Notes under the pieces: generated by a model | Told to the model about the DNA's origin: nothing | The model's input: the letters and a program-made list of their open reading frames with translations, nothing else | Database searches by the model: none | NCBI GenBank assembly: GCA_040954595.2 | Contig: CM082595.2 | Span: 9,971,918-10,035,917, forward strand | Reading direction: 5' to 3' | From: Balanoglossus misakiensis | Lineage: Eukaryota > Animalia > Hemichordata | Length of the DNA stretch: 64,000 bases | In this document: positions 52,494 through 64,000 of the stretch, in pieces | Layout of the letters: every line of letters begins with the position of its first letter | Numbering within the stretch: the stretch's first letter is position 1 | Position numbers and translations under genes: made by a program

Positions 52494-55400
52494 GTTTCCG
52501 CTCTAAAGTGCCGGGGCTTCAGCTAAACCAGGCCGTAGGAAATCCGACGTAATCACCGTTGATAACTTACGCCAGTCTGTGTCATATAGAGCCGGTGTAC
52601 CAGCCGAGTCACGCCGTAGGAAATCTTACTTGATCAACGTGGTCAATGTACGCCTGTTTCTGCTCTAGAGAGCCGGGGCTTCAGCTGAGCCAGGCCGTAG
52701 GAAACCCGACGTGATTACCGTTGTTAACTTACGCCAGTTTGTGTCCTATATATAGTGCCGGGGCATCAGCCGTGCCAGGCCGAAGGAAATGTGAATAGAT
52801 CAACGTGGTCTCTGTACGCGTGTTTCTGCTCTAGAGTGCCAGGGCTTTAGCCAAGCCATGCCGTAGAAAATCTGACTTGATCACCGTTGCTAACGAACGC
52901 TAGTGTCTGTCATAGTGTGCCGGGGTTTTAGTCGAACCAAGCCGTAGGAGATCAGACTTGATCTACGTGGTCTCTGTACGCGTGTTTCTGCTCTGGAGTG
53001 CCGGGGCTTTATCCAAGCCATGCCGTAGAAAATCTGACTTGATCACCGTTGCTAACCTACGCTAGTGTCTGTCATATTGTGACGGAGATTTAGCCGAGCC
53101 AGGCCGTAGAAAAATCGACTTGTTCAACGTTACCAGTGTGCAACTGTTTCTGTTCTAGAGTGTCAGGGTTTTAGCCGACTTGTAGGAAATCTGAGTTGAT
53201 GAACGGGAATTCAATGTTAGAAATCCGTGTGGAAAGTATCTCTACCCGTTTGGAACTAAGAAAAGAATTTATTCTTATTTATTTTGTAAAAAAACAATAT
53301 TTCGAAAAAAAGTCGAAAATGGTAATTTTGTCTTGGGTGATTCAAATTATACCGCCTTTTCTGGAATTTGCAGCACTTTTTACAAGAGAACGACACTTCA
53401 TGCTCTATAATATTTCCGAAAATGAAGAAAAGAGTTAATTTTTTATGATTTTTTAAAAATTTACCATTTTTGTCAAAATATGGCCAAAATGGCTATTTTT
53501 TCTTGAATTCCGTCAATATCTCAGCATTTTTGGAGTGGTCAAAAGTTTTAACATACAATCAACATGTCATATATGATCAGGCACTAAATTCGAAGAACAA
53601 AGGTTTTTTATTTTTTTTTTCTAAAAATGACATTTTCAAGGAAAATTTGGTAAAACGCAATTTTGTCTGCAGTGAGCCAAATTAGACGGTCTTTTGTGGA
53701 ATTTGTATCGATATATACATACGAAGAGCATTCTATACTCCATCAGATTTCCGAAAATGTAGAAAACAGGTATTTTTTGTAATTTTCAAAAATTTACCAT
53801 TTTGACCGAATTGTGGCTAAAATTGTTATTTTCGCGTTGAATGCCGCCAGTGTCACTGCTTATAAAAGTCATTAAAACTTTTAACATACAAGCAATTGTT
53901 TATATATGATCAGGTCACCGAATTTAAAGAATAAAGAATGTTTTCCCTAAAAATGACCTTTTTGGTGCAAAAACGAATAAAACGCAATTTTGTATTAAAT
54001 CAGCTCATTCAGAGTGCATTTTTTATAATCAGCACCATTTTTACATATAATGGAAATTTCATACATCATCAGATATCCAAATATGAAAAAATGATTTAGA
54101 TTTTAGATGATTGTCCTAAAGTAGCTGATATCTAATAAATGTAGTATTGAACCGTTCTGTCCCCCCCCCCCTACATTACATGCGGTACGCCGATGTCAGC
54201 TTACCCATCAGTACTGCAGGCCGTGCCCACAACTAACGTCGGTGTTTGATACGCCCTGGTTAAATTCGGGCTTTCTCTATAAATTGACAGCCAATAATGT
54301 AGTCCTACCGGAACAAATGTCGAGTATTGACCCGCTGTGACTTTCCCTCTTCGGTTTGCCCGACTTAGCCAACGTCTTTGTACTAATGTGTCGGGTCTTT
54401 TGCAGAGCCAGGCCGAAGGAAATCAGACTTGATCACCGTTGCTAACGAACGCTAGTGTCTGTCATGGTGTGCCGGGGTTTTAGTCGAGCCAGGCCGTAGG
54501 AGATCTGACTTGATTATCGTGGTCAATGTACGCGTGTTTCCGCTCTAAAGGGCCGGGGCTTCAGCTACACCAGGCCGTAGGAAATCCGACGTAATCACCG
54601 TTGATAACTTACGCCAGTCTGTGTCATATAGAGCCGGTGCACCAGCCGAGTCACGCCGTAGGAAATCTTACTTGATCAACGTGGTCAATGTACGCCTGTT
54701 TCTGCTCTAGAGTGCCGGGGCTTCAGCTGAGCCAGGCCGTGGGAAACCCGACGTGATTACCGTTGTTAACTTACGCCAGTTTGTGTCCTATATATAGTGC
54801 CGGGGCATCAGCCGTGCCAGGCCGAAGGAAATGTGAGTAGATCAACGTGGTCTCTGTACGCGTGTTTCTGCTCTAGAGTGCCAGGGCTTTAGCCAAGCCA
54901 TGCCGTAGGAAATCTGACTTGATCAACGTTGCTAACGAACGCTAATGTCTGTCATAGTGTGCCGGGGTTTTAGTCGAGCCAAGCCGTAGGAGATCAGACT
55001 TGATCAACGTGGTCTCTGTACGCGTGTTTCTGCTCTAGAGTGCCGGGGCTTTATCCAAGCCATGCCGTAGAAAATCTGACTTGATCACCGTTGCTAACGT
55101 ACGCTAGTGTCTGTCATATTGTGACGGAGATTTAGCCGAGCCAGGCCGTAGAAAAATCGACTTGTTCAACGTTACCAGTGTGCAACTGTTTCTGCTCTAG
55201 AGTGTCAGGGTTTTAGCCGACTTATGCTGTAGGAAATCTGAGTTGATGAACGGGAATTCAATGTTAGAAATCCGTGTGGAAAGTATCTCTACCCGTTTGG
55301 AACTAAGAAAAGAATTTATTCTTATTTATTTTGTAAAAAAACAATATTTCGAAAAAAAGTCGAAAATGGTAATTTTGTCTTGGGTGATTCAAATTATACC

Positions 55401-58400
55401 GCCTTTTCTGGAATTTGCAGCACTTTTTACAAGAGAACGACACTTCATGCTCTATAATATTTCCGAAAATGAAGAAAAGAGTTAATTTTTTATGATTTTT
55501 TAAAAATTTACCATTTTTGTCAAAATATGGCCAAAATGGCTATTTTTTCTTGAATTCCGTCAATATCTCAGCATTTTTGGAGTGGTCGAAAGTTTTAACA
55601 TACAATCAACATGTCATATATGATCAGGGCACCAAATTCGAAGAACGAAGGTTTTTTTATTTTATTTTTCTAAAAATGACATTTTCAAGGAAAATTTGGT
55701 AAAACGCAATTTTGTCTGCAGTGAGCCAAATTAGACGGTCTTTTGTGGAATTTGTATCGATATATACATACGAAGAGCATTCTATACTCCATCAGATTTC
55801 CGAAAATGTAGAAAACAGGTATTTTTTGTAATTTTCAAAAATTTACCATTTTGACCGAATTGTGGCTAAAATTGTTATTTTCGTGTTGAATGCCGCCAGT
55901 GTCACTGCTTTTAAAAGTCATAAAAACTTTTAACATGCAAGCAATTGCTTATATATGATCAGGTCACCGAATTAAAAAAATAAAGAATGTTTTGCCTAAA
56001 AATGACCTTTTTGGTGTAAAAACGAATAAAACGCAATTTTGTATTAAATCAGCTCATTCAGAGTGCATTTTTTATAATCAGCACCATTTTTACATATATT
56101 GGAAATTTCATACATCATCAGATATCCAAATATGAAAAAATGATTTAGATTTTAGATGATTGTCCAAAATTAGCTGATATCTAATAAATGTAGTATTGAA
56201 CCGTTCTGTCCCCCCCCCCCCTACATTATATGCGGTACGCCGATGTCAGCTTACCCGGCAGTACTGCAGGCCGTGCCCCCAAATAACGTCGGTGTTTGAA
56301 ACGCCCTGGTTAAATTCGGGCTTTCTCTATAAATTGACAGGCAATAATGCAGTCCTACCCGAACAAATGTCGAGTGTTGACCCGCTGTGACTTTCCCTCT
56401 TCGGTTTGCCCGACTTAGCCAACGTCTCTGTACTAATGTGTCGGGTCTTTTGCAGAGCCAGGCCGAAGAAAATCCGACTTGATCACCGTTGCTAACGAAC
56501 GCTAGTGTCTGTCATGGTGTGCCGGGGTTTTAGTCGAGCCAGGCCGTAGGAGATCTTACTTGATCATCGTGGTCAATGTACGCGTGTTTCCGCTCTGAAG
56601 TGCCGGGGCTTCAGCTAAACCATGCCGTAGGAAATCCGACGTAATCACCGTTGATAACTTACGCCAGTCTGTGTCATATAGAGCCGGTGCACCAGCCGAG
56701 TCACGCCGTAGGAAATCTGACTTGATCAACGTGGTCACTGTACGCCTGTTTCTGCTCTAGAGTGCCGGGGCTTCATCTGAGCCAGGCCGTAGGAAACCCG
56801 ACGTGATTACCGTTGTTAACTTACGCCAGTCTGTGTCCTATATATAGTGCCGGGGCATCAGCCGTGCCAGGCCGAAGGAAATGTGAGTAGATCAACGTGG
56901 TCTCTGTACGCGTGTTTCTGCTCTAGAGTGCCGGGGCTTTATCCAAGCCATGCCGTAGAAAATCTGACTTGATCACCGTTGCTAACGTACGATAGTGTCT
57001 GTCATATTGTGACGGAGATTTAGCCGAGCCAGGCCGTAGAAAAATCGACTTGTTCAACGTTACCAGTGTGCAACTGTTTCTGCTCTAAAGTCTCAGGGTT
57101 TTAGCCGACTTATGCTGTAGGAAATCTGAGTTGATGAACGGGAATTCAATGTTAGAAAACCCGTGTAGAAAGTATCTCTACCCGTTTGAAACTAAGAAAA
57201 GAATTTATTCTTATTTATTTTGTAAAAAATACAATTTTTCGAAACAAAGGCGAAAATGGTAATTTTGTCTTGGGTGATTCAAATTATACCACCTTTTCTG
57301 GAATTTGCAGCACTTTTTACAAGAGAACGACACTTCATGCTCCATAATATTTCCGAAAATGAAGAAAAGAGTTAATTTTTTATGATTTTTTAAAATTTTA
57401 CCATTTTTGTCAAAATATGGCCAAAATGGCTATTTTTTCTTGAATTCCGTCAATATCTCTGCATTTTTGGAGTGGTCGAAACTTTTAACATACAATCAAC
57501 ATGTCATATATGATCGGGGCACCAAATTCGAAGAACAAAGGTTTTCTTTATTTTTTTTTCTAAAAATGACATTTTCAAGGAAAATTTGGTAAAACGCAAT
57601 TTTGTCTGCAGTGAGCCAAATTAGACGGTTTTTTGTGGAATTTGTATCGATATATACATACGAAGAGCCTTCTATACTCCATCAGATTTCCGAAAATGTA
57701 GAAAAGGGTATTTTTTGTAATTTTGAAAAATTTTCCATTTTGACCAAATTGTGGCTAAAATTGTTATTTTCGTGTTGAATGCCGCCAGTGTCACTGCTTT
57801 TAAAAGTCATAAAAACTTTTAACATACAAGCCATTCTTTATATATGATCAGGTCACCGAATTAAAAAAATAAAGAATGTTTTGCCTAAAAATGACCTTTT
57901 AGGTGCAAAAACGAATAAAACGTAATTTTGTATTAAATCAGTTCATTCAGAGTGCATTTTTTATAATCAGCACCATTTTTACATATAATGGAAATTTCAT
58001 ACATCATCAGATATCCAAATATGAAAAAATGATTTAGATTTTAGATGATTGTCCTAAAGTAGCTGATATCTAATAAATGTAGTATTGAACCGTTCTGTCC
58101 CCCCCCCCCTACATTACATGCGGTACGCCGATGTCAGCTTACCCATCAGTACTGCAGGCCGTGCCCACAACTAACGTCGGTGTTTGAAACGCCCTGGTTA
58201 AATTCGGGCTTTCTCTATAAATTGACAGCCAATAATGTAGTCCTACCGGAACAAATGTCGAGTATTGACCCGCTGTGACTTTCCCTCTTCGGTTTGCCCG
58301 ACTTAGCCAACGTCTTTGTACTAATGTGTCGGGTCTTTTGCAGAGCCAGGCCGAAGGAAATCAGACTTGATCACCGTTGCTAACGAACGCTAGTGTCTGT

Positions 58401-61400
58401 CATGGTGTGCCGGGGTTTTAGTCGAGCCAGGCCGTAGGAGATCTGACTTGATTATCGTGGTCAATGTACGCGTGTTTCCGCTCTAAAGGGCCGGGGCTTC
58501 AGCTAAACCAGGCCGTAGGAAATCCGACGTAATCACCGTTGATAACTTACGCCAGTCTGTGTCATATAGAGCCGGTGCACCAGCCGAGTCACGCCGTAGG
58601 AAATCTTACTTGATCAACGTGGTCAATGTACGCCTGTTTCTGCTCTAGAGTGCCGGGGCTTCAGCTGAGCCAGGCCGTGGGAAACCCGACGTGATTACCG
58701 TTGTTAACTTACGCCAGTTTGTGTCCTATATATAGTGCCGGGGCATCAGCCGTGCCAGGCCGAAGGAAATGTGAGTAGATCAACGTGGTCTCTGTACGCG
58801 TGTTTCTGCTCTAGAGTGCCAGGGCTTTAGCCAAGCCATGCCGTAGGAAATCTGACTTGATCAACGTTGCTAACGAACGCTAATGTCTGTCATAGTGTGC
58901 CGGGGTTTTAGTCGAGCCAAGCCGTAGGAGATCAGACTTGATCAACGTGGTCTCTGTACGCGTGTTTCTGCTCTAGAGTGCCGGGGCTTTATCCAAGCCA
59001 TGCCGTAGAAAATCTGACTTGATCACCGTTGCTAACGTACGCTAGTGTCTGTCATATTGTGACGGAGATTTAGCCGAGCCAGGCCGTAGAAAAATCGACT
59101 TGTTCAACGTTACCAGTGTGCAACTGTTTCTGCTCTAGAGTGTCAGGGTTGTAGCCGACTTATGCTGTAGGAAATCTGAGTTGATGAACGGGAATTCAAT
59201 GTTAGAAATCCGTGTGGAAAGTATCTCTACCCGTTTGGAACTAAGAAAAGAATTTATTCTTATTTATTTTGTAAAAAAACAATATTTCGAAAAAAAGTCG
59301 AAAATGGTAATTTTGTCTTGGGTGATTCAAATTATACCGCCTTTTCTGGAATTTGCAGCACTTTTTACAAGAGAACGACACTTCATGCTCTATAATATTT
59401 CCGAAAATGAAGAAAAGAGTTAATTTTTTATGATTTTTTAAAAATTTACCATTTTTGTCAAAATATGGCCAAAATGGCTATTTTTTCTTGAATTCCGTCA
59501 ATATCTCAGCATTTTTGGAGTGGTCGAAAGTTTTAACATACAATCAACATGTCATATATGATCAGGGCACCAAATTCGAAGAACGAAGGTTTTTTTATTT
59601 TATTTTTCTAAAAATGACATTTTCAAGGAAAATTTGGTAAAACGCAATTTTGTCTGCAGTGAGCCAAATTAGACGGTCTTTTGTGGAATTTGTATCGATA
59701 TATACATACGAAGAGCATTCTATACTCCATCAGATTTCCGAAAATGTAGAAAACAGGTATTTTTTGTAATTTTCAAAAATTTACCATTTTGACCGAATTG
59801 TGGCTAAAATTGTTATTTTCGTGTTGAATGCCGCCAGTGTCACTGCTTTTAAAAGTCATAAAAACTTTTAACATGCAAGCAATTGCTTATATATGATCAG
59901 GTCACCGAATTAAAAAAATAAAGAATGTTTTGCCTAAAAATGACCTTTTTGGTGTAAAAACGAATAAAACGCAATTTTGTATTAAATCAGCTCATTCAGA
60001 GTGCATTTTTTATAATCAGCACCATTTTTACATATATTGTAAATTTCATACATCATCAGATATCCAAATATGAAAAAATGATTTAGATTTTAGATGATTG
60101 TCCAAAATTAGCTGATATCTAATAAATGTAGTATTGAACCGTTCTGTCCCCCCCCCCCCTACATTATATGCGGTACGCCGATGTCAGCTTACCCGGCAGT
60201 ACTGCAGGCCGTGCCCCCAAATAACGTCGGTGTTTGAAACGCCCTGGTTAAATTCGGGCTTTCTCTATAAATTGACAGGCAATAATGCAGTCCTACCCGA
60301 ACAAATGTCGAGTGTTGACCCGCTGTGACTTTCCCTCTTCGGTTTGCCCGACTTAGCCAACGTCTCTGTACTAATGTGTCGGGTCTTTTGCAGAGCCAGG
60401 CCGAAGAAAATCCGACTTGATCACCGTTGCTAACGAACGCTAGTGTCTGTCATGGTGTGCCGGGGTTTTAGTCGAGCCAGGCCGTAGGAGATCTTACTTG
60501 ATCATCGTGGTCAATGTACGCGTGTTTCCGCTCTGAAGTGCCGGGGCTTCAGCTAAACCATGCCGTAGGAAATCCGACGTAATCACCGTTGATAACTTAC
60601 GCCAGTCTGTGTCATATAGAGCCGGTGCACCAGCCGAGTCACGCCGTAGGAAATCTGACTTGATCAACGTGGTCACTGTACGCCTGTTTCTGCTCTAGAG
60701 TGCCGGGGCTTCATCTGAGCCAGGCCGTAGGAAACCCGACGTGATTACCGTTGTTAACTTACGCCAGTCTGTGTCCTATATATAGTGCCGGGGCATCAGC
60801 CGTGCCAGGCCGAAGGAAATGTGAGTAGATCAACGTGGTCTCTGTACGCGTGTTTCTGCTCTAGAGTGCCGGGGCTTTATCCAAGCCATGCCGTAGAAAA
60901 TCTGACTTGATCACCGTTGCTAACGTACGCTAGTGTCTGTCATATTGTGACGGAGATTTAGCCGAGCCAGGCCGTAGAAAAATCGACTTGTTCAACGTTA
61001 CCAGTGTGCAACTGTTTCTGCTCTAGAGTGTCAGGGTTTTAGCCGACTTATGCTGTAGGAAATCTGAGTTGATGAACGGGAATTCAATGTTAGAAATCCG
61101 TGTGGAAAGTATCTCTACCCGTTTGGAACTAAGAAAAGAATTTATTCTTATTTATTTTGTAAAAAAACAATATTTCGAAAAAAAGTCGAAAATGGTAATT
61201 TTGTCTTGGGTGATTCAAATTATACCGCCTTTTCTGGAATTTGCAGCACTTTTTACAAGAGAACGACACTTCATGCTCTATAATATTTCCGAAAATGAAG
61301 AAAAGAGTTAATTTTTTATGATTTTTTAAAAATTTACCATTTTTGTCAAAATATGGCCAAAATGGCTATTTTTTCTTGAATTCCGTCAATATCTCTGCAT

Positions 61401-64000
61401 TTTTGGAGTGGTCGAAAGTTTTAACATACAATCAACATGTCATATATGATCAGGGCACCAAATTCGAAGAACGAAGGTTTTTTTATTTTATTTTTCTAAA
61501 AATGACATTTTCAAGGAAAATTTGGTAAAACGCAATTTTGTCTGCAGTGAGCCAAATTAGACGGTCTTTTGTGGAATTTGTATCGATATATACATACGAA
61601 GAGCATTCTATACTCCATCAGATTTCCGAAAATGTAGAAAACAGGTATTTTTTGTAATTTTCAAAAATTTACCATTTTGACCGAATTGTGGCTAAAATTG
61701 TTATTTTCGTGTTGAATGCCGCCAGTGTCACTGCTTTTAAAAGTCATAAAAACTTTTAACATGCAAGCAATTGCTTATATATGATCAGGTCACCGAATTA
61801 AAAAAATAAAGAATGTTTTGCCTAAAAATGACCTTTTTGGTGCAAAAACGAATAAAACGCAATTTTGTATTAAATCAGCTCATTCAGAGTGCATTTTTTA
61901 TAATCAGCACCATTTTTACATATATTGGAAATTTCATACATCATCAGATATCCAAATATGAAAAAATGATTTAGATTTTAGATGATTGTCCAAAATTAGC
62001 TGATATCTAATAAATGTAGTATTGAACCGTTCTGTCCCCCCCCCCTACATTATATGCGGTACGCCGATGTCAGCTTACCCGGCAGTACTGCAGGCCGTGC
62101 CCCCAAATAACGTCGGTGTTTGAAACGCCCTGGTTAAATTCGGGCTTTCTCTATAAATTGACAGGCAATAATGCAGTCCTACCCGAACAAATGTCGAGTG
62201 TTGACCCGCTGTGACTTTCCCTCTTCGGTTTGCCCGACTTAGCCAACGTCTCTGTACTAATGTGTCGGGTCTTTTGCAGAGCCAGGCCGAAGAAAATCCG
62301 ACTTGATCACCGTTGCTAACGAACGCTAGTGTCTGTCATGGTGTGCCGGGGTTTTAGTCGAGCCAGGCCGTAGGAGATCTGACTTGATCATCGTGGTCAA
62401 TGTACGCGTGTTTCCGCTCTGAAGTGCCGGGGCTTCAGCTAAACCATGCCGTAGGAAATCCGACGTAATCACCGTTGATAACTTACGCCAGTCTGTGTCA
62501 TATAGAGCCGGTGCACCAGCCGAGTCACGCCGTAGGAAATCTGACTTGATCAACGTGGTCACTGTACGCCTGTTTCTGCTCTAGAGTGCCGGGGCTTCAT
62601 CTGAGCCAGGCCGTAGGAAACCCGACGTGATTACCGTTGTTAACTTACGCCAGTCTGTGTCCTATATATAGTGCCGGGGCATCAGCCGTGCCAGGCCGAA
62701 GGAAATGTGAGTAGATCAACGTGGTCTCTGTACGCGTGTTTCTGCTCTAGAGTGCCGGGGCTTTATCCAAGCCATGCCGTAGAATATCTGACTTGATCAC
62801 CGTTGCTAACGTACGATAGTGTCTGTCATATTGTGACGGAGATTTAGCCGAGCCAGGCCGTAGAAAAATCGACTTGTTCAACGTTACCAGTGTGCAACTG
62901 TTTCTGCTCTAAAGTCTCAGGGTTTTAGCCGACTTATGCTGTAGGAAATCTGAGTTGATGAACGGGAATTCAATGTTAGAAAACCCGTGTAGAAAGTATC
63001 TCTACCCGTTTGAAACTAAGAAAAGAATTTATTCTTATTTATTTTGTAAAAAAGACAATTTTTCGAAACAAAGGCGAAAATGGTAATTTTGTCTTGGGTG
63101 ATTCAAATTATACCACCTTTTCTGGAATTTGCAGCACTTTTTACAAGAGAACGACACTTCATGCTCCATAATATTTCCGAAAATGAAGAAAAGAGTTAAT
63201 TTTTTATGATTTTTTAAAATTTTACCATTTTTGTCAAAATATGGCCAAAATGGCTATTTTTTCTTGAATTCCGTCAATATCTCTGCATTTTTGGAGTGGT
63301 CGAAACTTTTAACATACAATCAACATGTCATATATGATCGGGGCACCAAATTCGAAGAACAAAGGTTTTCTTTATTTTTTTTTCTAAAAATGACATTTTC
63401 AAGGAAAATTTGGTAAAACGCAATTTTGTCTGCAGTGAGCCAAATTAGACGGTTTTTTGTGGAATTTGTATCGATATATACATACGAAGAGCCTTCTATA
63501 CTCCATCAGATTTCCGAAAATGTAGAAAAGGGTATTTTTTGTAATTTTGAAAAATTTTCCATTTTGACCAAATTGTGGCTAAAATTGTTATTTTCGTGTT
63601 GAATGCCGCCAGTGTCACTGCTTTTAAAAGTCATAAAAACTTTTAACATACAAGCCATTCTTTATATATGATCAGGTCACCGAATTAAAAAAATAAAGAA
63701 TGTTTTGCCTAAAAATGACCTTTTAGGTGCAAAAACGAATAAAACGTAATTTTGTATTAAATCAGTTCATTCAGAGTGCATTTTTTATAATCAGCACCAT
63801 TTTTACATATAATGGAAATTTCATACATCATCAGATATCCAAATATGAAAAAATGATTTAGATTTTAGATGATTGTCCAAAATTAGCTGATATCTAATAA
63901 ATGTAGTATTGAACCGTTCTGTTTCCCCCCCCCCCCTATATTATATGCGGTACGCCGATGTCAGCTTACCCGTCAGTACTGCAGGCCGTGCCCCCAACTA
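52493..64000 (-). repeat. Satellite block, reverse orientation (~6 units; 2049- and 1888-bp variants)
   Basis: Poly-C landmarks at ~54161, 56210, 58098, 60147, 62036 and 63925; identical ORFs 3938 bp apart (55243/59181, 56196/60134, 56556/60494). Confidence 0.97.

Larger units (their letters stand above)
1..64000. repeat. Composite tandem satellite array, ~31 copies of a ~2.05-kb unit
   Basis: The landmark cgcatataatgta(G)n-acagaacggttcaatactac recurs at ~104, 2547, 4604, 6884, 8775, 10828, 12877, 15120, 17167, 18725, 20943, 23152, 25368, 27420, 29474, 31364, 33418, 36056 and 52077 (+). Its reverse complement recurs at ~38481, 40529, 42580, 46383, 48441, 50501, 54161, 56210, 58098, 60147, 62036 and 63925. 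Copies differ only by scattered SNPs and block indels. Confidence 0.99.

Noticed and set aside
1053-63416. Recurrent 60-110-aa ORFs in the AT module and core (MSKYGQNG..., MMNGNSML..., MNRSVPPP...)
   Set aside because: Low-complexity F/K-rich frames, mostly non-ATG starts, freely frameshifted by homopolymer indels between copies.
1-64000. Whole window as one giant perfect palindrome or fold-back assembly artefact
   Set aside because: Variant order is not mirrored, and each arm has private insertions and indels. Read-level confirmation of individual junctions is still needed.

Overview
The window contains no credible protein-coding or RNA genes. It is almost entirely one eukaryotic composite (macro)satellite array, probably animal given an L2/CR1-type LINE fragment, with about 31 copies of a ~2.05-kb unit (31 poly-G landmarks counted). 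Each unit has three parts: (i) a GC/CpG-rich module of usually 11 diverged 81-bp monomers alternating A/B (162-bp dimer); (ii) a ~280-bp non-repetitive core with short dyads and a variable poly-G tract; (iii) an AT-rich, A-tract module built from ~165-bp monomers (~330-bp dimer). Unit length varies (about 1.56, 1.89, 2.05, 2.21, 2.28, 2.45 kb), mostly by whole dimers. The array reads in one orientation for 1-34040 and mostly in the opposite one from 36676. There are five orientation junctions (34040, 34965-34967, 36675, 51497-51499, 52493) with only 1-3 bp microhomology, and one junction is present twice because a 2.64-kb duplication spans it. Two foreign insertions interrupt the array: a 190-bp 5'-truncated L2/CR1-type LINE 3' end with a 6-bp TSD (14158-14347), and a 1426-bp non-autonomous TIR element with a doubled left end (43867-45292). 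The short ORFs in the track are by-products of the repeats. Strand labels for repeats mean orientation relative to the first units. All counts and comparisons were made by eye.
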